Below are positions 15,565 through 28,440 of a stretch of 64,000 bases of DNA, in pieces. The notes under the pieces are model-generated. The model searched no databases and was not told where the DNA came from. It saw nothing but the letters and a program-made list of their open reading frames with translations. The stretch is from the human T2T-CHM13v2.0 reference genome, Homo sapiens. Position 1 is the first letter of the stretch; each line of letters opens with the position of its first letter. Location: the NCBI RefSeq assembly GCF_009914755.1, contig NC_060935.1. One strand, 5' to 3'. The translations under genes were made by a program, and so were the position numbers.

Positions 15565-15720
15565 ACCTAGGGTCCATGGATGGGCTTATGAGTGTCCATG
15601 TACCTCTGAAATTTCTTCCAATTTTGTGTATATGTATATTTTTTTCTGGGGTAGAGGGTCCATGCTCCCCCCACCCCACCTTCTTAATATCAGATTCTTA
15701 AAGGGACCCTTGATGTCCAT
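15565..15720. mobile_element. hAT-Charlie-type non-autonomous DNA transposon fragment
   Basis: GGGTCCATGGATGGGCTT...CAGATTCTTAAAGGGACCCTTGA resembles MER-type Charlie derivatives. Confidence 0.5.
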
Positions 15721-16894
15721 CCCCCACCATGGTCAACTCAGACCGAGCATTCTGTGACTCCAAACAAACAGGAGACAAGTGTTCTTGCAGGACTGCTGAT
15801 GTTGCTGGGGACGCACACCAGGCACCCCAGAAAAAGACACAAGGGTGCTCTTGGAGTAATAGTAAAGACATGGTAGGAAGCAGGTGGGATAAATCTGGGA
15901 AGACTCCCTGGAAGAGGTGAATTATGACAACAAAGGTGAGGCAGAAGCTTAAAGGGGAAAGGTGAAGGGGGGCCTTGAGGAATAATAGGGTGCGCTCTCC
16001 TCTTCTCCATGCTCAAAAAACAATACACTTTGTGAGAGGAGACCCCCTAACTAGCTGAAGCTGCTCACAGTCCTCTACCGAGAACAAGAAATCAAAAAGT
16101 CAACACCAGCTCATTAAATACTCGGGGCTGGCTAGCTATTAAAAGAATTTCCATTTCAGAACAGGATGCCTACCAGGGAATGCCAGACCTAAATATAAGC
16201 CAGCCCCCTCCCTGCCAGGAGACTTTACCGCCTTAGGCAGGCGGGGAGGCAGGACTTTGAGGAGATGTGTCATTACTTTTAACATCCAAATATAACTGGC
16301 CCCAGGGGGTCGGAGACTGAGGCTGCTCTTCCCAGCTACCTCCTGCCAGAGCCCAGGGAGGGTATGCAGGGTTGGGGGTGTGGGAGCAGACCCCTGCAGA
16401 GCTCAGAGGTCTTGGCTGCAAGCAGCCTCCCAGCCACCCCTCCCCTTGCCTAAATGTAGGGGTCTGGAAGGAGGGCCACTGAAGCCTAGCGGCTGTATCC
16501 TGATCTGGCTGCTGGGGTGGGGCAGGGGTGTGGGGAAATTTGGGGGCTCTCTGGGTGAAGGAGGGGCTACTTTTAAATATTTATAGTTACTTTTCCTTTC
16601 CTGGAAAGGTGGGAGGAAAGGGGCTACAGGGAAGAAAAGCCACTAAGCTGCCCTGGAGAGAGATATATATGCATCTCCCTTATCTCTCTCTCTCTGCATT
16701 TCTTTCCTTCAGTGCAGGCTCTCAGTTTACAGTTCTGCACTCACGCCTGTCTTCCCCATCAACTAAGCTCCTTGAGAACATGGGCTTTGCATCTGCTCAC
16801 ATCGCTATCCCCAGTGTCCACCAGCCCAGTGTCCTCGGGAGTGAATGAAATGACAATCGTGCAACAGCCCTATGTAGGTAGAGTGCTATATACA

Positions 16895-17020
16895 CCACTG
16901 GTTCTTAACTTGGCTGCCCAGTGGAACCCTCTGACCGCCTGGATTCTGATTTCATTGTACTGGGGCGCAGTGTGGCCATTTGGATTTTTAAGAGCTCCCA
17001 GGTGGTGATTCTAACGTAAA
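16895..17020. mobile_element. MER5-type fragment
   Basis: GGTTCTTAACTTGGCTG...GATTCTGATTTCATTG...AGCTCCCAGGTGGTGATTCTAA. Confidence 0.65.
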
Positions 17021-18979
17021 GCCACATTATCTAATCAAAAAGCTTTCAGTTGTCTCCATTGATTCTCTTTTCTCTTCCTCTACCTCCTCCTGTTCTTCCT
17101 CCTTGAATCCCCTGTTGTTGATTCTTTAAAACAACCTTATGAGAAAAGTATGGCAGGGGTCATTATCCCCTGTGGTCCCCTGTGGGACTTAAGAAACCAA
17201 GGCTTAATGTGGTTAAACGACTTGCCCAAGGTCATGCAGCCAATCAGCAGTTAAATTGGAACGGTCCAGTCCTCACAGTGCCCAACGCAGTCTGACTTCC
17301 CTGCTTCAGTGGGAAGCCTGGAGCAGGGTCTTGACATGTAGGGAAGTTGACCTGCAACAATGCAGCTCATTTCTTGAATGGAGGGAGGAGAAGTAATGGT
17401 CACTATGCAAGATCCAGCATCTGCCCCCTCACAGTGTGGCCAACACTGCCCCTGCAGGCAGCCTGACCTGAGGCTGAGTTAGGCTGCAGACAAGCCCAGG
17501 GCAGGGCGGGGACCTCTGATGCCAATAGATAATCAGAGGGCACAGTTTGGCACCAGATAATTTTGCACAGAAAAAAAGCCGGTAAAGAATCTAACAGTGG
17601 AATAGTCCATCTTAGGCTGCCTCTGGACCACATGTCCTTCTAAAAACAATAGACTTGGAATTGAAGAGCTGTTGACCCTGGGAGGGCCAGTTGAGTCCCT
17701 GGTGGCTCAGTTTTCCCATCTGGAGAATGAAGATAATAGTACCCTACTCGCTGGCTGCTGCGAAGGTGAAATGAGAAAACGGAGGTGACAATAATGTTGA
17801 AAATAAAAGAAAACACTCTTTGTGTGCCCTCCTACCTGAGGAAGAGGGGTTGGCCTGAGCTGTCTTCTTTTGCACTCCTGAGCCTCTATCACATCCTGAG
17901 GTCCTGGATGCTGGGCCTGCTAGAGGAAGTAGCTTTTGGCTGCAAATCCTACTTGTGACCCTCACTGCATGAACTTCTGACCAGAACCAGTTTATTTTCT
18001 TGAAGTTGGGGAAGATTTCATGGAAGCAGACATGACTATAAGAAGCAAGTGCAGGGAGGGAGTCCCACTGACCCTAGCCTCTTAGCCTGTTGGTCTTCAG
18101 GGGCAGTTTTAGGGAGAGGTACAGGCAGGTCTCTCACCCCCCAGGTGTTGGTGGTCGCCAGCTGTTCCTCATTCCCAGTGAAACAACATGGCCGGTTGTA
18201 CCAGATTGTAGAAGGAAGTGTGTCTGGAGAGTGGAGCTAATTAAGCCCAAGCAGGTATTTTGGGTGGGGAAAAAAAAATCACCCTTACCCTGGGAAGGAA
18301 ATCCTCACAAATGCACTTTCCCACATGTGATGGGGCCAGGTTAGCAAGTAGCTGTTGGCTAGGGTTCCCATCAGTGGCCCTTGGGTCTTTGAAGAGTGTT
18401 CAGTTGTTGAGTGTCACTTCTATGACTAGGGATGGGAGTAGCACAGGGAGCCCCAGCAGAACAGGGACATGAGGCTTCTTGCTAGAAAACTTTTGCTTGC
18501 TTGGACAGAGCTGGGATTGGCAGCCAGCTCACAACCACCATTGTTTTTCTAATGTAGGCAGCCCTGAGACTGTCCCACTGCCAGGCTTTGTGGTTGCAGC
18601 CACTCAGGGTATCAGACACAGTAATCCTGTAATTGACAGAGTCACAAAGAAGGAGATCTTGGGGTCATCATCAGTCCGATTGGCCATTTGATGCCTGAGT
18701 CTTCTTTCTAGGCAGGATTCCAGTGTCTTCTAGTGATGCCTCCAGTGATGGGGTTCTCACCACCTCCCAAGGTTTTCACTCAAAGGCACTATTTGGATGG
18801 ATTGGGCTGTGGACCACTTATGGGAGAGTCAGAGCTGGAGAAAATGATCCCACTGCTGGAGCTGACACAGGGGATTAGGAGGGTAGCCATAGTGTGTGGT
18901 TCAAGAATTATAGTAATCTCTGGTCTAAGACCTGAAAAACAGTCCTTAAGCTCTCAATGGGAAGACTGTACTGCTACTG

Positions 18980-19385
18980 ATGTATACAGGTTGTTCCTTT
19001 CCATTGTTGTATAGTATTTCATCACATGAATATAGCACAGTGTGTTTTTCTACTGCTGGTGGACACTTGAGTTTGTTCCAGTTTTGAATGAATGAATCTC
19101 CCATGAATGAATCTCATGAACATAAGGTTGAGCAAAAGAAGCCAGACTCCCAAAAAAGTATACTTTGCATAATTAGATTTTATGCTTTTTTTGGTTGGGG
19201 AGGAGGGAGTTAGTGACTGGAAGGGTAACACAAGGGGACTCCTGGGGTGCTGGTGATATTCTATTTCTTGAGCTAAGTGACAATTATGCAGATGTGTTTA
19301 CTTTATGAAAAGTCAATAAGCTGTATAAGATCTGTGTCCTTTGACATGTATATTAAAACATTTATTAAAATAAACATTAAAAATG
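18980..19385. mobile_element. Old L1M 3' fragment with inverted 5' portion
   Basis: 18980-19086 antisense L1; 19088-19385 sense L1 (ATGAATCTC..AACATAAGGTTGAGCAAAAGAAGCCAGAC...) ending in an A-rich tail. Confidence 0.7.
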
Positions 19386-19939
19386 TTTACTTAAGAAATT
19401 ATGGCCCAACCGTGATTGACTTTAAAATAGTAATACTGTCAATGACTTATGTTATGGAACTTTCTAATTTCTTACAGACGTGTAACAGATAAGAGGAAAC
19501 TTCAGGGGATATACTGACATTTTCATGGAGTTACAGTCAAAAGTCTTGCAATAATAAAGATCATTCAACTAAATTTGTTGACTATCACTACACATCAGAC
19601 ACTGTTCCCAGTGTTTTCTGTGTATCAATTCATTGAATTCTCACAACAGTAGGAGGTCAGTATTTTGATGTTTGCAGAGAAGAAGATGGGGGCCCAGAGA
19701 GGTTAGGTAGGCACTGAAAAGTCACACAGCTGGTAAGGGGTTGGGGAGCTGGTGTTTCAGACTGTCCTAAGGAACTGGGGACACCTTCTGAGCTCCTGGG
19801 ATGACTCAACTAGAGGCACCTCTGGGCCCATTCTGAGGGAAGCTGGGCCGGGCTGGGAAGCCCTCCAGGCTCGGCCACTGGCCCAGGAGTTTCTGGCCAA
19901 CTGAGAGAAAACCCAGCCCCGCTCAGTATGCATGTTGTG

Positions 19940-20195
19940 GTATTTTTAAAAAGAGGTAAATAAGTCTCCTCATTTGCATGATATTTCACGCTGACTCGGT
20001 CTCTCAAACTGTTATTCCATCTACACACGGCACTGTGGGATGCCTGCGATATTTTATAAAGTTAATAACTTTCTCTTAATTGGATGAGTTTATAGAATAG
20101 TCTGCGCAATTAACAATAATTACGCCAAAGACACTTTGATTCCAAGGATGCTCCACAAACATTGGCGCATTAAGCCATTTAGGAAAAAAACAACA
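19940..20195. promoter_or_regulatory. Strongest candidate developmental enhancer
   Basis: GGTAAATAA (FOX), ATTTGCAT (octamer, 19972-19979), TTTTATAAA (posterior HOX/CDX), TAATTG, CAATTAACAAT, TAATTA, ACACTTTGAT (TCF), CATTAA; retained CpGs; no repeat similarity. Confidence 0.55.
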
Positions 20196-20230
20196 ACCCA
20201 CAACACACTGCCACAAGACAACACACAGGT

Positions 20231-20235
<5 letters not shown>

Positions 20236-20276
<41 letters not shown>
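20236..20276. repeat. (CA)~20 microsatellite
   Basis: Direct read. Confidence 0.97.
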
Positions 20277-20279
<3 letters not shown>

Positions 20280-20719
20280 CACTGCAGAGCTCCCTGAAGC
20301 ACCGTGACCCAGAATGAGTCTTTGTTTCCAGGCCACAGGATGGTGGAGCTAGAAAAGAAATGCCTCGTGTCACACTTCACTACACTCTGTGCCTCCCCTC
20401 GCTACCCCCTACCAGGTAGGAGGAGGGGTCGGCAGGGCCAGGTCCTGCCACTACTTGTTGAAGGACACACTGTCTGTCCATGCCCAGGTAACCATGCAGG
20501 ACAACACCACCTGAGCACTTGGCAAAGACTCGTAATAAACTAGATCTATAATAACGTCTCTCTCTCCCTCTCCCTCTCTCTCATCTATGCTACCTTTGAT
20601 CTCAACAATACCTATTTCAGGATGACTTCTCATTCAAAAAGGACAATTGCCTAGGGACATGAAATTCAGAGTTACTTGAATGAAATTTTTAAGCTATTCA
20701 ATACAGCTCCTTTCATAAA

Positions 20720-21090
20720 GTTATAGACATGCAGGGTTGGAAAGGGCCTAACCTCATTCAATGGTTGAATGGCTTCTCCAACATTCTGCCAGATGGTTGT
20801 TGAGTCTTTGCTGGAACACCTCCATTGATGGGGAGCTCGCTACCATCTAAAGGCATCCATTCCATTTTAAGATAGCTTTAATTATAAGAAAAGTCTTCCA
20901 TATAATAGAGCTTAAATTTATTTCCCTGGAACTTCCACCTGCTGGTTCTACCCTTTGGAGAATAAGTGAATTCCTTCTTTCATATAACAGCTCTTCAGTT
21001 TTCAACACCTGTCTATGACTCACACTCTCCCCAGCCACCCTGAGTCTTCTCTTCCGCAGGCTGACAATGCCCACTTCCTATAACCTTTTC
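20720..21090. mobile_element. L3/CR1 LINE fragment
   Basis: GGTTGGAAAGGGCCT...GGAACACCTCCATTGATGGGGAGCTCGCTACC...GTCTTCTCTTCCGCAGGCT are typical L3 phrases. Confidence 0.65.
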
Positions 21091-23299
21091 TACCATTCCA
21101 AGCCAGCTTCAGAAACCCATCCATCAGAATAGTGCTGCAAAAAAATTCTAGCCCTACAATAAAATATCCCTAAAGTGTCCATGTGACTTTCATCATCTCT
21201 TTATAGTGCCTTTAGGTTTGGTTTAAAAAAAAAAAATCTGTCTTTGCAGGAAAATAGATGCTTCTATTTGAGCTGGGGAAACAAGGAGCAGGGAGGGAGG
21301 GGGATGCATTTCAGTGGGCCAAGGAGAGCACAGGGTTGAGGAATGGGATCTCTTGCTACGGAGGCTGTGTTAAGCGGCCCAAGACCAGCACTTGTGGGCT
21401 TGTCACTCAATGCCCCTTAGGACAGCCTTAAGTGCCACTACCGCTCACTGGGGGTGTTCTCAGGAGACAGGGACCTTCCAGACAGGGTTGCTGAATACTG
21501 CAGAAGGCGAGCTCCTTTGTCTGCACAATCCCAGGATCAAGCCTTCCCCAACGCACCCAGCCCCAGCCCAGCTCAGTGAGCCAATTCCTGACCTGGCTTC
21601 TTTGCCTTTCTCTCTGTTCCCTCCCCAGCTCCACTTTTGCCTTTATGGTTCTAGCTCGGGGCGCCTGTGCCCAGCCCATCTGTTCAGTCCCATATGCTTC
21701 CCGTAAGGGCTGCCAAGTCGGCCCAGTGCTCAGTGACTCTACTCCAGCCCCTGGTGGCTGGTCTCAGGCTTTCTCTATGCAACCTGGTCGCTAGGAAACA
21801 GCCTTGCTACTGCATCAAGGCCAGACCTGGATGCTGTCATGGTACAGCAGAGGCGTGGCTATTGGCCTGGGGCACCCGATGGGCACCCAAGACCAACCTT
21901 CCTCAGGGAGTGCCCCTGGGTCAGGAGGGCCTGGCCTCAGGAGGTTTGCCCTCAGGGCCCACATCCCTGGAAAGGTGCTGGTGAATAAGACCCTCCCAGG
22001 CTGGAGGGTCTATACTTGGTAACCCTATAGACCACAGAGTGGAGAAATATTTCAGAAAAATTAAGATTTGGAGGAAAATGGAAAATATGTTTAATCTCTT
22101 TTTGTACTCTTTGCAAATCTGTAGTTCCCTTTTCAGCTAAAGAACTTAAAAGTGAATTATGGATAACATATTTTGATTCCAAAATGTTCATGTTGGTACA
22201 CTTAAAGGGGTATAAATGAAGATTTGAAAAAAAAATGGTTACATTTTGGGAAAGTAAGGTTTTTCTTGTTTTATCTCATCCTTTTTAGTTGATGGAGTAG
22301 TAGATTATAGATACATCTTTCTATGCTTTCACACATTTATAGCAGGTCACAGGGCACCTTGTTTATGGCCCCTTTCTACAACAAATTCTTGTGGCAGGTC
22401 ACTAAGAGGCATGATGCAGGGGCAATCATGTGGACTTCGGAGCAAAATACCTAAGTTCAAATTCTGACTCTTCTATGTATTAGCTTTGAGACCCCAGGGA
22501 GCTTTATTGAGCCTACGTGGGAATAATAATTTCAATTCCATAAATTGGTGAGAAAAATTAGCTAATTTAAGAAAAATTAGCAAATTTCGTGAAACATCTT
22601 TAGTACGGTGCTTGGTACACTGGAGACAATAAACATTGCTGAGTAAAAACAGCCTGGTGGATTACAGCCCAGTGACTTTGAGGTCCCATATGTGAACGAT
22701 TCCTAAACTGTGCCACCCTTTCCAGAATGGCAGATAAAGCCCTGGCTAAAACTCTTAAAGTAGATGAGGAAGCAGCTCCAGCCGGCCATGATCCAGCTTC
22801 CCCATACAAAAGAGAACCAGGTCTGAATTTCATCAGCCACCGACAGTGGAGAGCTAACAAATTGTTCTCTTTACCCTACCAGTACCTGTAAACACTGCCA
22901 GCTCTCTCTCCCTCCTCCTCCTCCCCTCTCCTCTCTTTCTCTGTCCTCCACACCTCCCCTAAGATTAGATTGGATTCCAGTTTTATAAGGCCATTCTGAC
23001 ACCTACAGCCAACCAACTGCTCCACTTAATAGGAACGACACTGTGACTGAAATTAACTCCAGAGGGGAGATTTCCAAGCCATTGCTCAGACAGGCTTGTC
23101 TGTTTGCCACCCGTTTGGACTGGGGCCCCCTACTTTGCTGCACCTTCTCCTGCGGCTGTCCTCTCCTCCCGCATGTCACAGAGAAAATATCCTTGCTCCT
23201 ATAAACCTGTTTTAGGCCTGAACAGGCAGCATGGGATGCCCTCCCCATGGGGGCAAGTGGAGATCAAACACAGGATGAAGAGTCTGTGTGAAATACTAG

Positions 23300-23535
23300 A
23301 AAGAGTGGACTTGGAGTCAGACAGATGAATTCCAATTCCCTTTTCATCACTTATTAGCTGTGTGACCTTGGGCAAGTTACTAAACCTCTCTGGGTCTCAG
23401 TTTCCACAGGTGCAAAATGGGTACAATAATAACTACTGTGTAGAAAAATTGTGAGAATTAAGGAAGGTAATGCATGTAAAAGTGCTTCATGTAGTACCAG
23501 GCATACATAGTAGATACTTAATACACGACAGTTCA
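23300..23535 (+). mobile_element. MIR SINE
   Basis: GGAGTCAGACAGA...TAGCTGTGTGACCTTGGGCAAGTTACTAAACCTCTCTGGGTCTCAGTTTCC. Confidence 0.85.
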
Positions 23536-25742
23536 CTTAAAGTCCAAACTTCAGCTTTGAGCAGAGATACAAAAATCTCCCAGGTTGCAAGAAATGTCTT
23601 CATTTCAGCTAAATGGTTTACTGTCTATGGACATGGCATCTGGGATGATTAAGCTGAAGATGGGAAATACCTGTGCTCCATTCAAAGCCCAGCTCCAAAT
23701 TTGCCTCCATTTAGAAGTCTTTGCTGAAAGAAGGCTTCTACCACTTACTAGCTGTGCATTGTCAGGCATGTTACTTAAAATATTTTAACAAGTTTTATTA
23801 CTCTTTTTATTGGTTGTCCTTTAGCACTTATGAACACATTTGAGACCATACAGAAAGCTCAATTCTAAGTAAATATGACAGGTGGATGCTTAATTTATAT
23901 ACTGCTAGAAATAAATTTATTTGCTAATGTTTGAAACCCTAGAGTTAAGTAATTTTCAGGTGGCTCAGTGGTGACACCTATCTGTGAAGTCTGGTGCAGC
24001 AGATCAGCTCTATCAGACGTGGAACATTTTAACCAAAGGGGAAGGCAGGGAGGATAAGTGGTGCTTTAAGAGTGAAGCCAGGGGATTCTGAGTCTCAGGA
24101 AAAGGAAAAGCAGGTCCATTTTCTTTAAAAAATGTTAATGTACTTGCATCTTGTTATTCAACTGGACTCTAACATTCCAAGAATATGGCTATATATATTT
24201 TTTTGGGGAAAAGAACTTAGCTATGGAATTAGAAGCTGGGTTCTCTCATGAATTGGCTGTGCTGTTTTATGCAAGTTGTACAACATCACAAAACCTCATG
24301 ATCTTATCTATATGCAGGAGGCAATATTTACCTCACAGGACTATTTTAAAGGTGAAACAAGACAACGTGTGGAAGAATCTGCCATGTATTAGCTAGGTGT
24401 TGTGGGTAAGGTATGTAGCCTCCTTGGGCCTCAGTTTTCTGATTGAAAAGTGGGATTGTCAAGAGGTTACCATGAGGATCAATGAAAGGACGTGTTTCAT
24501 AAAAAGTTTTCTATACATTGAAATATTATTTTAATATTTACTTATTACTATAGCAAGCACACTACAAGGTCTGAAACTTAGATGACCCTCAGTCCATGTT
24601 TGCTGGATGAATAAATGGTGGAATGAGAGACCATTTGCCTAGTCCAGGCTTGGATGTTTGCCAAAATGAGGACCCCTTTAAAAGGAGAAGAGGACTGATG
24701 ATATTAATACCAGATTTTTTTTCCCAGCAGATCCATATTTAGCTTTGTCCATCCCAAAGGGCTGGTGGCCTGGAAGCTCTGCAGACATGAATGAGGCGGC
24801 TTTGTGCTGTACCCTGCTTCACCATGGAGACACACACCTGCTGTGGTGTAAGATGAAGAAGCTGAGAAGCCGCCATCTGTAAGATGTAAATTTTTATTTG
24901 TCTTCCAGGAGCAGGGGCAGGTTGTACCAAGTTGCCCTCCCTTGCTTCCCCCTGTGATTGATGGCACAGAGTTAGGCTGGAGCTGGCTGGCAATGGTGGT
25001 GAGCCTATAAAGCTAACAGCTCATGTGCAGATCCTGCACATGGGCCTCTGAAAACATTGACCTCACCGATGAGCCTGACTGTTCTCCGCAGGCTCACATG
25101 GACCATCCTTCACACGTGCATTCTGGGGCTCTCACTCCACTCCAGAGTCCTGGAGGAAGGGGGCTGTTGTTTCTAGTTTATGTCTGGTTTCTCCTGGCAT
25201 ATTCAGTTCTGAAGGACCAGAGCCCTGATCCACTGGGGATGACGGGAGCCAAAGACCCAGACTCTTTAGCAAAACTGAAGCAGGTCAAGTTCAAGTTCAT
25301 CTCAACTACCTACATTTTGGTGCTCCTCGTTCTCCCCCACCCTCAAGGCACCTGGCATGCGGACATTTCCCATGCTGCACTTCTAAAGGATCCTACGGGT
25401 AACAGATTCAATAAGTAATACAGATTATATATAAATAATTATGTTTACTGAGTCCATACTATGTATTAAATGCTGCAAGGTGTACACATATAAATGCTCT
25501 TCTACTGGGCAGGCTAGGGTAGCCATTATGAGTGCTGACCTTACACTAGGCAGGTCTCAGCCCAAATCCTGCTTCTAGCACTTATTAGCTCTACGGTCTC
25601 AGGCAGGTTATTTAATATCTCAAAGTCCTATGCCTATGCCTTCTCTCTCCTATGAGACATGAGAACCCTGGCTTCTCGTCAACTAGCATCAACTGAAATC
25701 TCCTGCCATGTTTAAGGGCATCTGTGTCTAACATGCTAAACT

Positions 25743-25754
25743 CTTTTTTTTCTT

Positions 25755-25785
<31 letters not shown>

Positions 25786-26067
25786 GAGACAGAGTTTTGC
25801 TCTGTCACTCAGGCTGGGAGTGCAGTGGCGTGATCTCAGTTCACTGCAACCTCCACATCTCAGGTTCAAGTGATTCTCCTGTCTCAGCCTCCTGAGTAGC
25901 TGGGATTACAGGAGTGCGCCATGACACCAGCTAATTTTTGTATTTTTAGTAGAGACAGGGTTTTGCCATGTTGGCCAGGCAGGTCTCGAACTCCTGACCT
26001 TAAGTGATCCATCCGCCTCGGCTGCCCAAATTGCTGGGAATACAGGTGTGAGCCACTGCTCCTGGCC
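25743..26067 (-). mobile_element. Alu (AluSx-like)
   Basis: Reverse-complement Alu; 15-bp TSD CTAACATGCTAAACT at 25728-25742 and 26067-26081. Confidence 0.96.
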
Positions 26068-26479
26068 TAACATGCTAAACTTGCAGTGGAAGGCCCCTTA
26101 GCATGGGATCTAGGGTTAGATAGTCTTAGCTCTGTCACTCACCCGTTGTGGAACCTTGGGAAAGTGAAATAAACAGAGCCAGTTTCCTTGCCTCTAAAGC
26201 TCTAAAGTGGGGATAATAGTAACACCTACACCTCATCATATGGTTATAAAGATTAAATTAATCAATGCCTCTAAAAGACTTAGCCTGGCCCCTGCTATAT
26301 AGCAAATGTTCAATAATTTTTGGTTATTATTGTTAACCTCATCTCCCAATAGACGAGGTAGCCCAAGATCACACACCTGAGACTTGAACCCAAGTCTTCT
26401 GACACTGAGACCAGTTAGGTACTTCCATCACAGAATGCTGACTCATCTGAATAACATGTGTTAAGACACTATTGGAGGA

Positions 26480-26780
26480 TAATGGCTTGCTGTTCCCCTG
26501 CATAAAAACATAGTTACAATTTCACAGGAGCTGTCAAGCCTTTAGTGCAAAGAGAATAATAATGGGCACCCAGGTACCATAAAGGACAGGTGGGAGGGAG
26601 AGCTCTCTGTGCAGGAGGAGCAGTGAAAAAATAGAACAGGTTACCTTCACTAAATGATTAACTTTCTTTTTACCATTTGTTGGTTTCAAATTAAAATAAG
26701 TCTAGCCAACTTGCAAAGCCACCCACCAGCTTCAACTTGATTGAAATCAGCTGAATCGGAATGACAGCATCACAGGCGTT
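26480..26780. promoter_or_regulatory. Candidate enhancer-like element
   Basis: GCATAAAA, CCATAAA (HOX/CDX), CTGTCA and TGACAG (MEIS), TGATTAAC, AATTAAAAT; repeat-free. Confidence 0.35.
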
Positions 26781-27239
26781 CCCAGAGATCAGGGGGAAGG
26801 ATGGGGAGCAGAGCCAGGAGGGGCCACCTCAGCGAGGCCTGCAACAGGAGGTGTTTATTCTTTAGGCCCCTAAGAATGACTGGAGCCATTCCTGACCTTG
26901 TGGCTCTTGATAGAGTAGTGAATGGAAAGGCACTATTAATCTGCAAATAGAAGGGGACTTGGGAGCTCAAAACCTGTCTGTAAATAAGCTTTGAGGGGGC
27001 GAAGGTTGGAAAGTCAGTGCATTACAAGTTTAAAGCATCAGGTGCACTTGGATTTGGCCCTTTTGGGTTTTGTGTTTTGGCCTTTTTTTATGGCTTGAGT
27101 ATGGGTGAGATAGTCCTTTATTATGATAGGCACTCACATGCGCACTCGTGGCCCCAGATGAGAGCCTGGAAGTCATCACCTGGCCCTTTAACTTGTTCAC
27201 TCCTAAGCCTGGCCCCAGGAGCACTCTTCTCCCTCCTAG

Positions 27240-27288
27240 ATGTTATTCTCCTTCAAAAGCTCCTTCCTCACTCCCACGGAGAGACCTG
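27240..27288 (+). other. Candidate 49-nt micro-exon A
   Basis: Pyrimidine tract CTCTTCTCCCTCCTAG| acceptor, upstream TTAAC branch-like motif, strong donor CTG|GTAAGC. Confidence 0.35.
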
Positions 27289-27467
27289 GTAAGCCCTGGG
27301 GTCAAATGCAACCCCCAGCTAGAATCATTGCTTCAGGAGCCAGCCCATTGGGAAGAGAAGACATCTAGCAAAGATTTCTCTGGCAGGGGCACAGATTAAT
27401 TTGTGGCTTGGCAGAGGAGAGACAGAACAAGAGTTGGGGAGGCAGGGTTGGATTTTGGGTCTAGATT

Positions 27468-27645
27468 GGTGATGTTTGAACTTGTGTGCACATTGGAATC
27501 ACCCAAGGAGCTTCAAAACCCACCCATGCCTGGTCTCCCGCAACATACTGTAATTTAATTGGTCTGGAGTGTGGCCGGGGCTTTGGATGGTTTAAGAGAC
27601 CCCCAGGTGATTCCAACGTGTGGTCAGGTCTGGGAATCACTGGTC
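27468..27645. mobile_element. MER5A/B DNA transposon
   Basis: TGCACATTGGAATCACCCAAGGAGCTT...TTTAATTGGTCTGGAGTGTGG...CCCCAGGTGATTCCAA. Confidence 0.8.
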
Positions 27646-28239
27646 TGGGACTCCTACAGAGAGGGAGTTCTGCTTCACCCCTAGTCTCTACCTCTCCCAC
27701 CCCAGACACATGTATTCTCTGTGGGGGCCTCATGGGTTGCTGGAGTGAGGAGTCCAGTTGAGCACAACCACCGAGTAAAGGGATTTCAGGCCCGGGGAAA
27801 GTACCCTCTGGCTTTCAAAACACCTCTCCCACCTACTTCCTAACACCTGCAGCTCCTTCGCAGGGACAAAGCTCTTTATTCCACAATGAGAGATAAGGCT
27901 TAAAACAGCAATGCCCTTGGGAGAAGAAGGAGAGTGACTCACATTCATGCTAAGCTATAAATGACTGATGAGCAGGGGAGAGAACACTGAGCCATGTTGA
28001 CAGCCTGACGCAGGGGAGAAGTGTGAACATATTCAAGCTAGAGGGGCCCCCTCATTTTAGAAAGGAGGAAACTGGGTCCCAGTGGTGTGACCCAACATGG
28101 TCAAGGCCATCTGTTCAGCAGGTCAGCCCTAGCGTCCAGGGCAGAGAGGATGCTCTTCATACTTGGCACAGCTTGAGGTAGGGCTGGCCTTGACTGTCGA
28201 AAATGAAGATGCCTCCTGCAGGCGTCTCCATGGTAGATC

Positions 28240-28440
28240 TCTGTATCAGACTTTGCATTGCCCCAAAGTGCTGTTGGAAAATGTGTCAGGCATTTTCTTA
28301 CTAACAATGCCCGTGGGTGCTACTGGCATTTAGTGGGCAGGGTCCAGGGACACAAAATAGCCTGTAATGTGTGGGGCAATCCTGCCCAAGGAAGTACGGT
28401 GCAGATCCAAATGCCATCAATGTCCCCTATCAGAAACACT
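28240..28440. mobile_element. MER20-type DNA transposon
   Basis: GGGTGCTACTGGCATTTAGTGGGCAGGGTCCAGGGA...CCAAATGCC...AGAAACACT. Confidence 0.7.
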
